A stretch of 64,000 nucleotides of DNA. It comes from Octopus sinensis. Lineage: Eukaryota. The DNA is taken from NCBI RefSeq assembly GCF_006345805.1, contig NC_043008.1, forward strand, positions 3,162,001 through 3,226,000, in the 5' to 3' direction. The translations under genes were made by a program, and so were the position numbers. Below, one piece after another: positions 1 through 14,000 of the stretch. The number at the start of each line of letters is the position of its first letter. Position 1 is the first letter of the stretch. A model generated the notes under the pieces. That model was not told the origin of the DNA, made no database searches, and saw nothing but the letters and a program-made list of their open reading frames with translations.

Positions 1-160
1 ATCGTAGTTCAGTCCAATGTGATTAGGAGATAACATCATTAATCAATATGATAAAGATACTGACGTTGAAGTTTTTACACCGACCTAAGTCTGACGATTG
101 AAAAGTAAATGTCATACTTAAGCGGCGATGCATTTACCGCAAAAGTTATCGTCGTGTTAA

Positions 161-383
161 TTAGAATTCCTGGAGTTGATTTAGCTTTGGCACCGAACAA
201 AAGATGTCTAGACATGCTTCTTTTCTTGCACAACATGAGGCACCATTCTCGTCAATGTATTTAAATATCTGGGCGGCGTTTCCAACCTTTGAGATGCTTT
301 CCATCACACTATAGACTGCTTCTCTCTTTGCTATTTTAGCACTGTATTTGCATTTATACAATTCAGAAGAAGTTGACAACAAA
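161..383 (-). other. Candidate terminal coding exon (unverified)
   Basis: Non-repetitive 76-aa ORF with a tgtgtacAG acceptor at 384-385 and several Cys (GASCCARKEACLDIFC); no family recognised. Confidence 0.25.
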
Positions 384-795
384 CTGTACACAATAATTTA
401 TATACAGAAACATCGACAGGCAACCACGCACAAAGACACGCTATCCATATATTTGTAATTATGTGTCTAGGAGTTACAATACACGGCAAATTTCAACAAT
501 TAAAATTTTAGTCAACTCAGTCCATATAACAATAACGGGTCTACAACAAGCATTGATAATTCACCTATATCTGTTTGGTGGTATATATCACTTTATGTAT
601 GAACAATTCTAACATTAACGTCAATATATATGAAATACAAAAGAAGGTAGAAAAATTTGTAATAGAATTTCGTGTCAGCTGCACACTGCATAGTCGTAAA
701 AATTTACCATTTCACCAAGGCGATATTCTGTGTACAAACATACAAGCACACATGGACACATGCGCGCGCACAATCAAATAAAAACACAATATCTG

Positions 796-798
<3 letters not shown>

Positions 799-881
<83 letters not shown>

Positions 882-885
882 TGTG

Positions 886-916
<31 letters not shown>

Positions 917-992
917 TGTGTGTGTGTGAGTGTGAGTGTGTGTGTGTGTGAGTGGTGTGTGTGTGTGTGTGAGTGTGAGTGTGTGTGTGTGT

Positions 993-1066
<74 letters not shown>

Positions 1067-1097
1067 TGTGTGTGTGTGAGTGTGTGAGTGTGTGTGT

Positions 1098-1128
<31 letters not shown>

Positions 1129-1135
1129 AGTGTGT

Positions 1136-1169
<34 letters not shown>
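799..1169. repeat. Compound (GT)n microsatellite, about 370 bp
   Basis: Direct reading; interrupted by GA and GG variants. Confidence 0.98.
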
Positions 1170-1839
1170 TGTACAGAATATATAAGGTGTTTTCGTCAAC
1201 TGATGTAAGGTAACAGGTAAACCCGATTTGCTGTACCACTAAAACTCCGGTTTGAACTGCTCCTGAGAGTGTAAGGCGGAGACTGAGGACCAGAGGCGGA
1301 TGGAAGTCGTTTGTTTTTGAGCAGGAAGACAAAGATTAAAATGAGAATGAAGAAGCAAAACGTTTGGTGTCACTTGAAATATATATGTACACATAAATAT
1401 TTGTGTATATACATATATACACAAACCTACACACACATACAAATAAAAAGAGATATCGGAAGTGATTAGTTCCTCTCAGAATCTCATTCTCTTAGCAATG
1501 ACAAATTTACGTTCTTTTTTTTTTTTGATTGTCATCGAAAAAGGTAAGGACTTCTCCAGATTATCAATAGCTTATATTCTGCCTACACAATTTGAATTAT
1601 GACGTGATCTCTCCGTTCAAAATCATGCCGCAACATAAAAAATATAAAGTCGGAACAGACATTTCGGCTTGTCTATGAGAAAATTCCCTGGACACTCTAT
1701 TTTTCAAAATAATAAATATTTATAGTTTGCTTTTCTTTAAAGCAATGTTATTTCATTTCGCATGAACTAAAAAAAATTGCATTTTATTCAAATTAAAAAG
1801 CTATAAAACGACAAAGATCAATCTTGTCTATGTTTTCGA

Positions 1840-2700
1840 TCGGAACTTCTAAAGTCTCCGAAGCCTGGGAAAATGACGAGACCGAAAAGATTACCATTTC
1901 AAATCAACCAGAGTTAATTGCATCTGCAACATTACATCATCCTTCAAATTCTTCAACCTCTCATGTTACGTAACCTATAGAACCTCATGTTTTTCCCAGA
2001 CTTCATTTATATGGATTTGATATGAGGCTATGTCAACCAAAATTATCATTGTACCATCCTAAACAATGCAGTGTTTAGTGTGACTGTTCTACTTCGTGGT
2101 TCAGTGGCTGACTCTGTTTAGGATTCTCTATTTTGCTATTGTTGTAATGATTTTGTACATCTTAGAATGGTGAATATACTTATAAATTTGAAAGATATAT
2201 TAACAGGAATAATGCTTTGTCAAAAACATATATTTTAGCAGGCATGGGAATTTTGTCCCACAAAAAATGTAGCTTGTAGTGAAAGGTAGAAACGCAGGAC
2301 GACTAATGGGAAAGCATCTAGAATTGACAATGAAGAACTGGAAACAGTCGCTTTTATTTACGATGCATTGTAGAAGTTAGTTAAGTTGCACTTCAGTGTG
2401 ATGGCAATGAAAATTCCAGTTGTCATGACAACGATAATGAAAATGAAAATTTCTGGACTGTTTTTACGGCTTTTTGAATATTCTCTCACAAAAGACTCTA
2501 ACTTAATAGAAATACTTACGACGGTACCTAAAAAGAAGTCGTAGACAACTGTTATGATGCAAAATGAAATTATACAACTTAAGAAGTGATGTGAGATGCA
2601 GAACACGACAGTTATGACATAAACATCAGAACGGAGGCAAGTGCTATTTGGAAACAGGTTACTAGCCCCAAATCTATATTCAATGCCATTGATTTTTCAA
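1840..2700 (+). pseudogene. hAT-superfamily transposase relic (TTF-type zinc finger + DUF4371, ZMYM1-like)
   Basis: Fragments FPRLHLYGFDMRLCQPK (~1990), DSLFCYCC (~2122), CHDNDNENENF (cf. RGHD...GNF, ~2420) and MMQNEIIQ (2554; cf. IQNEII) occur in the expected order, with stops and frameshifts. Confidence 0.72.
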
Positions 2701-4489
2701 GCAATAAAGAAATTGTCACTACGTCACTACAGTGATTTTTTTTTCTTTTTACGTCCTTTTTTGCACTTCTGAATGAATATGTCTTATACTTTAGTGTATT
2801 GAATATTTATTTTGAAAAGAATCAGAATAGACAAGAGAAAATCTCAGCGCATCTTCTCTCTGGCTGAGACAATTAATTTAAAAGATGATCGTTTTATTCC
2901 TCACCACACTCATAAAGGTCCAGAATATATTACACAATCACCAGTAATAATGTCAATCTTATAACAAATATCTACTTTTACTTTTTAATCCTATTTACGC
3001 GGTGCTTTTGATAATTTGTATTGGAACAGGTGTGGAATCTTTGCCTCCTGAATCAGAAGCATCTTAGTAGTTTCAAAATTCTCACCTCCCTTTGAACTCG
3101 TGACTATAAAGTATTTGGTCAGCGTAATCTACAAGGAACTAAGTGTTGCTAAACGTTACATTTCAGAAAATATTATTTCTGTAGGTATCAGTTCTGGTCT
3201 TCATTATCTTCATTTAAGACTACTTTACCAAATATCTACTTTTTTTTTTGGCTGTAAGCCAGGCTTCTTGCGAGTCCTATCTCCCTACATTGACTCATCT
3301 CCACATTGGCCTACATATTTACACTTTATCAACGTTCTCTGAAGCATCAATGAAATAGCAACATTTTGATACGCGCATTCATAGACAGCTTCATACACAA
3401 AATAAAATTCGAAATTGAAAAGTTTTTTGAACATTTCTTTTCTACGTCAAGAAGATTACAATTATTTTAATGAATTTTTATGAATATAATATTTGTGTTA
3501 GTTAATCAAATTCGTTTACAGCAATGTTATAAATTTCGTAAATTTTCAGTATCAGCACAAACTTCAGAAGTTATAATATGTTTGGTTTAAATATAGGACA
3601 GACCTAATAGTTTGCTCATATATTGATTAAAATAATGTTATTAAAATTGATAAATTTCATAAAATAATGTGCGATAATAGTAATTGAATACACTACGATG
3701 TTTTAGAATTGGTGGAGTTTATATTCTATTTATATTTTAACAATGTCTTTATATTTCTGTCTAAAACAAGTAAGATCGTGATACTGCGAAAGAAGTACAT
3801 CTCTTCTTCACTTAACTCAAAACGCTAACCATAAATTCTAAGCCTGGTCACCTTAAACCTATACCATAACCCTAAAGCACAAAGCCGTAATCTTTAAAAT
3901 TTAGACCTTGTTACATGCTTCAAAACAGAGGAGAGTCGAGGAGGCAAAGATGGAAAGCATCTTTTGGATAATCAACATCTCCTGTGTTTAAAACAATTTT
4001 GAAAGGATGTTCATAAGAGATCAAGAATCAACAAGGGACCGAGGGAGAGGTTGAGGCATTAAGAGGCGGAGGGGCTCAAAAATATAGAAATTTTGAACAA
4101 CTATTTTTACCTGTTTGTAAACAATCTTTGAAACATAAAATTGACAATATTGTCGCAAAACTTAAGGGTGATACATCACTGCAGCATTATTACGAATCTG
4201 CTCCCACCCATAATATTTTGAAGCACGCCCAGGTGTGACGAGGGTCCTGTTGATGAAGCTTTTAATAGGAAATATGCATTTTACGTTTCTATTTTTAAGA
4301 CCAAAACGCATGATGTATTTTGTTACTGCAGTTTTGGAAGTGCTAGATTTGCTTTTCTGTTAAATAGTGAATAATATTGTTTTATGGATCTAAGTAATAT
4401 ACAGTTCTATATTTAAGTAAAGAGGAATTGTGTAACTTATTTACATTATTTACATTTCACGAATATTTGTCCTCGTCTTGTTTGTTGTT

Positions 4490-4535
4490 AACACGACGCT
4501 TCGGCTGATACACCCTCCAGCCTTCATCAGGTGTC
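4490..4535 (-). ncRNA. Minimal hammerhead motif (left arm, A15.1G variant)
   Basis: Minus strand reads GACAC-CUGAUGA-A-GGCUG(loop)CAGCC-GAA-GCGU-C-GUGUU. It has the canonical CUGAUGA core and GUC triplet, but GAAA is changed to GAAG. Confidence 0.75.
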
Positions 4536-4573
4536 TTGGGGAATTTTCGAACCTTAGGAATGAGAATCCCCAA

Positions 4574-4619
4574 GACACCTGAAGAAGGCTGGAGGGTGTA
4601 TCAGCCGAAACGTTGTGTT
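4574..4619 (+). ncRNA. Minimal hammerhead ribozyme (right arm of the fold-back)
   Basis: GACAC-CUGAAGA-A-GGCUG(GAGGGUGUAU)CAGCC-GAA-ACGU-U-GUGUU. Stems I and II pair fully and stem III is the ACGU palindrome. Confidence 0.85.
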
Positions 4620-5108
4620 AACAACAAACAAGATGGGGACAAATATCCATCAAATGTAAATAATGTAAATAATCTACGTTATATTTATATGATGGCGTGA
4701 AATATTGACGGATATTACCATGCGCTTCCGGAAAAAGAGACAGCGGGAGAGTTTCGATCAGTATTTATGAGTACCTTAGTTTATGCGTATGCATGCACAT
4801 ATATGTGTGCTCGTATGTGTATATGCAAGCATATAGATAAATATACCCTCACACATATACACACTCACACAAATGAACATACACACACACACACATATAT
4901 ATATGCTAAGTATATTAGTTTTTGTTTTTATGATGAGTTATAATAAGAACAATTTTACTTTAATCTCACGGGTTACTCTATTCTTTTGTAGGGTACAAAT
5001 TTATTATACATATTCAAGAATGTTTAAAGACAGGCATTCCTACGTTGGCGCAGCTGACCGAAACTTCGAGGTCACTGTCTACGGTATTTTCGTATAAAAT
5101 AATAAATT

Positions 5109-5400
5109 GTTGGCATCCTTTTGTCTCGGGATACAATGGAGTTGCGCATAAACTCATCCAGTCTGGTTTTTAAATTTCATGTCCTCTCCAGTTTCCTCTC
5201 CAGTTTTGCGCAGGCCTGGGCTAGATGTAAGAAAATCCTGGGTAGCCCAATCGTCAGGATTCCTCTCTCGACCTTGCTGATGTAGTCTAAAGGAGTGCAA
5301 AGCATTACGTTTGGCACCAGCTTGGCTGCAGGAGCTGCCGGAAGAGTGTTGAGTCGAACACTAAACCGGATTTCTTTCAAGGTTGTCCCCTTTCCGTAAC
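5109..5400 (+). mobile_element. RTE/BovB-like LINE 5'-end fragment
   Basis: gttggcatccttttgtctcg...atgg start and aaaggagtgcaaagcattacgtttggcaccagcttggctgcaggagctgccggaag resemble BovB/RTE 5' UTRs as I recall them; not database-verified. Confidence 0.55.
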
Positions 5401-5515
5401 CCTGTACAGGGGCCCATACCGGGTACTGTCAGCCGGAGTCAGCCGAGCCCGGGACTCCCTGAAGTAGTGACGAAAATCGCTTTCCGGTACCAAAATAGTA
5501 TGTTTAAGAATATAC

Positions 5516-5552
<37 letters not shown>

Positions 5553-5601
5553 GGTGTGCGTGGGTGTGTACATATGCGTGTGTATATGTATATATGCATA
5601 T

Positions 5602-5642
<41 letters not shown>

Positions 5643-6084
5643 CATGTATGTATATGTATGTATGCATGTATATATGTATGGAAGGTGTGTGTGGGTGTAT
5701 TTTTCAGTTACGTATAATCAGTAAAATAGAGACGGCAAACATAAAGTGTGAAGGCCATCCTCGCCAGATATTGACAGATCAATGGCGGTGAGAAGTAGGT
5801 GAAAATATGGATGACGGGATTGCATAGCATTAACTGCCGCCGAGGAATGATTTGAGAAACGTTGGCCAGACTAATGTGTTTGGATGAAACGTAACTGTGA
5901 TGATTAAATATGTGAGAGGAGGAAAAGGACGTTGGAGGAAAGGAAAGAAAACTGTGTTTTTATCTGTGCTAACGTAATTACTTTTGTTGAATTCCTTTTA
6001 GCCATCACAGCCAACCGTTCGCTAGAGCATTGCTTGTACAGTGTTTCCATAATTCGACACAACTGATACTTGACATGCGTGTGC

Positions 6085-6161
<77 letters not shown>

Positions 6162-7859
6162 TGTGTTGAATGTGTGGATGTTGCGCGTAATGGATCTCGA
6201 TATCTTTCGAGGATGAATTTTTCTGTCTATCAATCTCCTAAATCATCTCCTTGAATTAACATGGAAGAAGCTGTGTACTTAACAGAGAGATACTTACGTA
6301 AAATAAACCGGTGGCTTTACTGGATCATGTGGTCATCAGAACATATCTTTATGCTTTATATTGAATTTGTCGTAGTTTCTATTCGTCGAGCATCGACGTT
6401 TAAAGGTCTTCCACAAACAGAAATGAGTTTCAAGTTGTATACATTCAAACGCATCTAATATATATATATATTGATACATGCGTGTTCGTATGTATGTGTT
6501 TGCGTATGTATGAATATATTCATACATATACTTGCACACACATGTATACATACACACACATATACACGCACATATATCATGTGTGAAGAAGGATCACTTA
6601 CCATGTATGTGGATATAAGTAGATGGAGAGAGGTAGAGATTTACACACAAACAGTCAGATAATTTCGGCGAACAGAATGGATGCAGAGCAGTGCCAATAG
6701 CACACTGTTAATACTCTAAAATATGTTACCAAGAAATTGCTTCTAAGTGGAGACCTGGCCTTAGTTTTTACCACATCCTCTACTCAGCATATGGTCTCCA
6801 CGAGTTATGCTGTGGTGTGAAATCGGACGGCAAATTAAGTCTACCAATATTATATATTTGTGTATAGTTAAGCCATTATGTATACATGTATTTATGTATG
6901 TATATAAGTATGTAGTATATATGTAAGTATGTATGTAATAATGTATGTATGTGTGGTATATGATAAAATAATATTCAATATGATATAAATTGTGTACACC
7001 ACTCTCAGATGAACGCCAGTAACTATTCTCATAAATGCAATACTTTCCAATATGCCTGCTGCACGAACTGTGTATCGTTAGAATCACTATAATTTATTTT
7101 TGCAGGCCAAAACCGATAAAAAAAATTTGATTATAATGATGCTAATTATATATTATTATCTTTGAACTAGAAACAGAAACTTTAAATTGACCGCTATTTT
7201 TATGAAGCTTAACATTGAAAATTTTCTGATTTCACATATGTCATTACAACGATAGAAATTACAGAATGAGGAAGAACGGAACGGAAAATTATTTTAAACG
7301 AATAGTAAGAAAAAATAATAATGAACAAAAAGAACACATACTAAGTTTTAGTTTCTATCTTCTAAACACTAATTTATGATCGAGTGATAAAGCTACTAAA
7401 ACATTCAGTGCTGCCATTAAATCTCCAGAAATGCAACGTCAAGCTATTATCTCTAATAATCTTTTAAAGGATATTATCTAAAGAAAAATATTCTCATTGT
7501 TATTGGATGTCTAGCGACTCCGCTTTAATCCGAATATAACCCTGAGTCAACAATAGAGCTTTTGTCAACCCGATCGTCGTGCTAGATAGAACAGTCAAAT
7601 ATTCCTCGGAATACACATTCCTGTTTATAAATCACATAGTGGGCGATATAGGCCAGGATAATTATTGTTGAGAGAAACTAGGATCGTTGCGGCTGAAATG
7701 AAATATCAGCAAGAAAGCATGGCCCACGTCGACCTATATTTTGCAGATACTGGTTACTTCCCAACCACATAATTTCGGATTGATTCCCCCCGCATGTCTC
7801 CTTGGACCATTGTCTTTTCTTATTGTGTCCAGCCGACTGACAGGATTGCCTCCAGCCTT

Positions 7860-8190
7860 GTAACAGGATTTGTTAGATGGAAACTGAAAGAAACCAGTCG
7901 TACATATGTATGTGTGAGAAAGAGAGAGAGAGAGAGAGAGATTGTGTGTGTGTGTGTGTCTGTCTGTCTGTCTGTGTGTCTGAGGTTGCTCCTACCTTTG
8001 CTTGGCAACCGATGTTGGAGTTTTTACGACCCCTCTCCCTAAACATTAGCGGTTCGACAAAAGTCACCGATCAAATAAGTAGAAGAGAGGTGCCAAGAAA
8101 TAAATACCGAGCTGATTCATTCGACAAAATCATTGATCAAAGTGGTGCTTCAGCATGGCCGCAGTCTAATGATTGGAAAAAGGAAAGAAT
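7860..8190 (+). mobile_element. Diverged, 5'-truncated SINE family A
   Basis: gatggaaactgaaagaa...caaccgatgttgg...ttagcggttcgacaaaag...cagcatggccgcagtctaatgattg. Confidence 0.7.
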
Positions 8191-8944
8191 AAAATATAAA
8201 AGATACATCGGAACTGTGTTTGCAAACGAAAGAAAACGGCAAATAGTAAGAATAAGAAATATGGTATCGCAAAAATGCTTTCAAACTACTAATGATAGAC
8301 AAACAACTAATATCGGAAGAAAAATTTTATATGAAGAATTGCTATCTTGAAAAATAGAGAAATACTTTTGAGAGAACGACCGATGTGTCATAAGAGCATC
8401 TTTGTCTGATAATAAATATCTACCTTTGGTAGCAAGCATGTTAGAATATCAGCTAATTCGAATTGAAGCTAAACCTGTGATTAACATTAGAGTTATTTTA
8501 TTTTATTTTAAGAAATATACATATGATAATGAAGTCTAGGATTTCATGGTTTGAATTACTGCCAACTTGAGTAAGAATGGCCAGAGGCTACTCATCAAAA
8601 ACGAGTTTGGACAGGTAAGAAGATTTTGAAGAATATTATTCGCAAATTAATATGACAAGGAAGGAATATATTTGTGAGTATAATTCGGTATGTAACCGTC
8701 TACTGGGGCAAAAAGAGCTACAGTCTCTTTTTTCATATTTGAAGTATGAAATTATGGCGAATATGAGGAATACTAAACAGTGTATCATATACACTCGACA
8801 CAGAATATATACTTCGCACACACACCCACATAATTATGGTATTTGGGGGTTCTCCTCTGCGTCTGTGAAATTTCAAATAATTGACATCACGTTAAGTTGG
8901 TAGCGTAAATATATATGCGCGCCTGTATGTAAATATATGTTGCT

Positions 8945-9180
8945 GCCCAATCGCGTGGTTCCCGGTTCAATTCCAGTCCATGATACCGTGCGACATAATA
9001 TCTCTGAATAATATTAATATTATATTATTTTAAAAAGTCTATTTATGATAATGAAGATAGATGTTATACACACCGGCCTTGCCAAAAAATAAGTACTGGG
9101 ATCTATCCATTCGACTAAAATCTCTTGAAGGCAGGGACACATCATAGCCGAAGTCTAATACTGAAAAGAAATAAAAGATT
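8945..9180 (+). mobile_element. Deleted/diverged SINE family A pieces
   Basis: Head remnant tggttcccggttcaattcc and tail aaataagtactggg...cgactaaaatctcttgaagg...gtctaatactgaaaagaaataaaaga. Confidence 0.5.
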
Positions 9181-9200
9181 GTATATATACACACACATAC

Positions 9201-9257
<57 letters not shown>

Positions 9258-9329
9258 ACAGAGAATCTCAGACAAACCAACATGGAACCCTGGCTCATGA
9301 AGTGAAATAGTAATTCAAAGACATGGAGA

Positions 9330-9830
9330 TACAGGGATACATTTTCATCCGCTGGAAGATGAACGATGTAATTTATCCCGAATATATCAGGAGAGTAATA
9401 AAAGCTGTGGAGATGTAAGCTGAATGGAGGGCACCTATTTAGAGGCTTCAGTTTTGTGAGCTGCAGGTGACATGTGACTACGCATGAGTTGTGGAATGGG
9501 CAAAGGAATGACTTGCCAACATAGAAAAACAAGGAAAAGGATAGCTACGCATGGATGGCTTCATACTAGAAATAATGAAGCGAAATAGAGGATAGTGTTG
9601 TAAATGAGATCAAATGCTGACATGCTTATCTGAGGAATAGTGGTGAAAGAATGTTGCTGGCTGCACTGAGTGAGGGGATGTGTGAAAGTGGTGAGACTCT
9701 CCAGGAGTATAATATTAGGACTAATACAAAAAAAAAGCATTAATTGGGAAGAGAAAGTCCTACACGTAGAGTTTTTGTAAAAGACAGTTGATGAAGAATC
9801 TTTGAAATGGTTAAGGCAAGGATTTTTACC
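9330..9830 (+). mobile_element. R4/Dong-type non-LTR retrotransposon relic (region after the RT)
   Basis: Degenerate FHP..D.R..L.R, NSGERMLLAALSEGM, NWEEKVLH and VDEESLKWLRQG (cf. HPK.DV.RLY.PR...W.EK.LHGQF...SW.WL..G). Confidence 0.55.
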
Positions 9831-11173
9831 CAGTATCGATAAAATAGAAAAGGGGAATTTACATTCATTTTAAAGAACTATAAATTGTTTATATTTATTT
9901 GTTTATATTTTACTGTTTATACTCAATTCAGATATTTTGTAGTGTATAAATAAAGACTATATAATTACTGCTGATTTGTTATTAACACTTATATTAAATA
10001 TTCTGTGCACCAAGCTGCTAGCCTTGTTCATCATTCCTGTATTAGCAGCCGATCAGGATTATTGTTTGCAGAAGAAATACGTGTAATGTGTCGCTGAGCC
10101 CCTCTCAAATAATCAAGATGTATTCCTACGTCGTATTTCGGCATATTTTTAGCGTTGAAAATGTTCGTTTTCCATAATTATTTATGAGACTGTGAGCCGT
10201 TCTACAGTTTTTTTTTTTGTGACGTGTGTGTTTGTCTGTCTGCATGGGTTTGTATATACATAATTTACGTAAACGTATATACATAATTTACGTAAACGTA
10301 ATAAAAGCATCTTAATTCTAGATCTGAGTTCTTTCAGCTACGCATAGCTTCAGATCAGTTTCTAGGAATTCTAACTCACTGATGAATTCTAGGTCCGAAA
10401 TATTCAGCAGTTGTAAGTATATGGATAAGTTCCTGTTGGTTAATTGGAAAGTGTTTCCCTGTCCGGATTGAATAACTGTACCAGACACATTAAGCCACTA
10501 TATTTCCAACCTTGTATTTTACGGTGTAATGGGAAATGACTTTAATTCCCCCGTTTTCTTCTTTCTGATGGGCTTTTCCATTTCTTCTTTTTCAAATTTT
10601 CACTTTTTACATCCGCATTTTTCTCTCATCGTGTTGTTCAAGTTTCAATTCGTTATAGTATGTGGGCAGTATATGATGATTGCTCTAGGACACCAGAAAT
10701 GTTAAAAAGACTGTTTGTCATGATCTCAGCACAGTAAACGAATAGTAGTATATAGAAATATATCATGAGCTTATCAAGCAATAATTATATATATATATAT
10801 ATATTATATATATTATATATATATATTATATATATATATATATATATTAGGAATGGAGTCAAACGCAGGTCTTATTCAAATCATTTATACTTCCAACCTA
10901 TATTTAGAAAGAAGAATGGAGATTATTTCGGAGGGAATAAAAATGATGTAAGACAACGAAATCATTTCGTCAGGGAAAAAAGGAACAAAACACATCAATA
11001 AGCCATTTTTAACCAAATTTTTACATTTCAGTTAACCCTTGAATTTCTACCTTTATAAGTAAGTTGTAATATACTTGGCACTTAACTGAATTTTCTCTAC
11101 CCTGGTAAATATTTATTTATATTTTCGTTGCTATTTATACACATTGAAAATATATATATATATATATAATATA

Positions 11174-11403
<230 letters not shown>

Positions 11404-12685
11404 TAGGTAGGTAGGTAGGTAGGTTAGTATGTAGGTAGTGATTTGATACGTAACAGGGTAGGTATGAATATATATATAAGCGTATGTGCACATATATCTA
11501 TGTATGTACAAATATATGTGTGTGTTTATAGGTACATATATGTATATATAAATGTGTGTATGTTTGTATATACACACACACGTACGCGCAGTACTTTAAT
11601 CTTGATTTAGTTAATCGTAACATTCATATATCTGAGATCACTTAAAATACCAGTGCGACATTAGGATTCTTGATCTACGCATATTCTTCTGTATGTATGT
11701 CAAGATGTATGACCTTCACTCATTTTATTTCGGTTTATAGATTCGGAATTATGTCTCTATAATATCATTGATATTTGTGTTATATCCGTACACAGGCTGT
11801 ATCCTCCTTCGGTGCTCCTTTTAATTTTAGCAGAACATTTGCCAATACAATTTATCATCATTTAACTATGTTTTAAATTAGAGATGAATGGAAATCATGC
11901 AATACTATATCAGATCCGATTATACTTGCAACAGCTGTTATGAATCCCAGTACAACGTAACTGGAGGTCAAGTATTTGGCAACTGCTAGATTAAATATAT
12001 AAGCTGTCATTCGACGGGTGAGGTTCTCACAGAGAAGCCAACGGGCAACATAATTGGAAACGAGAGACGGGCCACTAGGTTATCTGCCCTTTAAAATTCA
12101 CTTCTGTGCAGCTTTCGCTCTCTTAAAGCTTCTGATTCTAGATGGATATAGATTCAATTAATACGAAGAATTCCAATAAGATAGAGGTCAGAAGATGTAG
12201 AAAAGATTATTCCTGGTAATTCCAATCCTTAACTGGAGTAAAAGACAGATATGTCAAGAATTTCAAGGTAAAATATGTCCTGATAGTTACAGTATCTTAA
12301 TATGAAACATCACGTTATGGAGTGTCTAAAGATATTAGAAGAAAAAAAATCTATAGAACTTCAAATATGGTGGACTTTATATATTTTTTCTATTTCTTTT
12401 AAGTTACATTTATTCTTACTAAGAAAATCAGTTGAACTATTACAGCTGCATAGAAGATGTTCCATCATTTCTTGCTTTTTTTCTTTCTGATTTATTTCAG
12501 AGATTCCTTGTTTTCATATGAAATCTAACAGATTGCAAAACAATACAATAATTTTGCTTTGTTTTGTATTTTTTTTATGAAGAAAAAAAGCAAATGACCA
12601 AAAGAAAAAATACGGATAAGCAGAAGACATCAACAAATGATAGAATATTTCGGATATTTTCTAATAACAATATACGGTCTGTGCA

Positions 12686-12721
<36 letters not shown>

Positions 12722-13769
12722 TGTATGTATGTATGTATGTATGTATGTATGTATGTATGTATATATATATATTATATATATATATGTATGTATGTGTGTG
12801 TCTATTGTGATAATGTTTGCGTATGTGTTTTCCACGTGTGCATGTGTGTGAAATGTTAGTAGTGCCCGTGTTTTGTTTGTACGGCTGTTGTCGTGCTTAC
12901 ATTGTGTATATGTTGTGGTGCGTAGTTCTGTGTTGATGTTTGTGCGTGTGAATCAGTACGAATGCGTTCGCCGGCAAACAGAATAAGCTAGTTCTTGGTG
13001 TTTGTATGTGTAGCGATCTTTCTTTTTGCTTTATTACATTTACAATCATTCATGGAAAATGGACTTAAAATGTGAACAAAATTTCTTTCATTCATAACAG
13101 ACAACAACGAACACAACATATCACGCACACAGACTCAAACGCATAAACAAACCACATAAATACACTCACGTACCGCTTCACGCGTATTTATGACTATACA
13201 CACATACAAACTCATATACATATCCTTATACACAAAAAAATATTATACCACAACAGTGAGAAAGCAGATATAAACAAGATTTACACAAATACACTCACAT
13301 AGGTCTTCACACACATACACACAATGAAACAAGCACACACACGTTTTACACATTTATATATACACTGGTACACAAATACATACACGTGTACACATATACA
13401 TATGAATTATATTTCTAGTATCAGACATTCATTTAATCAGATTATGTATAATTAATGCAAATTATGTTTAAATTCATCAAAAACATAACAAAATAATGTT
13501 CGTAAACAACAATAAACATAAAACAATGTGAACTGTTGTTATTGAAAATTTTATGTTACTAAAAATTGTAAATTCACCGATCGATATCAATTGACGGCCA
13601 AGGCAACCGATAGCATCCACTTATCTTTGCTGTTCCTGATTTTGGCGATTAATCCAAAAAACACATCGTAGGATCATAGGGGGAAGGGGGGGGGGCAGCT
13701 GAACCATTTTCGCCTTTGTTTTAGCCTTTGTTATGCAACGCAGTAAAAATTGTAAGGACGTAGCAAATG

Positions 13770-13798
13770 CAGCAGCAGCAGTAGTAGTAGTGGTAGTG

Positions 13799-13855
<57 letters not shown>

Positions 13856-14000
13856 ATGGTGGTGGTGGTGTTGATGTTGGTGGTGGTGGTGGTAGTAGTA
13901 GTAGTAGTGGTGGCGGTGGTGGTGGTAGTAGTGGAGGTAGTAATAATCGTGGAGGTGGTGGTAGTAGATGTGGTGGTGGTAGTAGTAGTAGTAGTAGTCG
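13770..14000. repeat. (GTA)n/(GTG)n trinucleotide tract
   Basis: Direct reading. Confidence 0.95.

Larger units (their letters stand above)
4437..4672. mobile_element. Fold-back (inverted repeat) of two PLE-type 3' termini, arms about 110 bp
   Basis: 4437-~4547 is the reverse complement of ~4562-4672 with roughly 8-10 mismatches and a ~15-nt spacer. Each arm contains a hammerhead motif. Confidence 0.88.

Noticed and set aside
672-1332. Long ORFs such as poly-HT, CV, YI, R or L throughout the ORF track
   Set aside because: They are translations of microsatellites that lack stop codons, not genes.
8540-8620. Strong donor CAG|GTAAGA near 8613
   Set aside because: All three upstream frames hit stops within about 70 nt and no good acceptor is present.
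10379-10410. CTGATGA...GAAATATT hammerhead-like motif
   Set aside because: Stem II and stem I do not pair convincingly; at most a heavily decayed relic.
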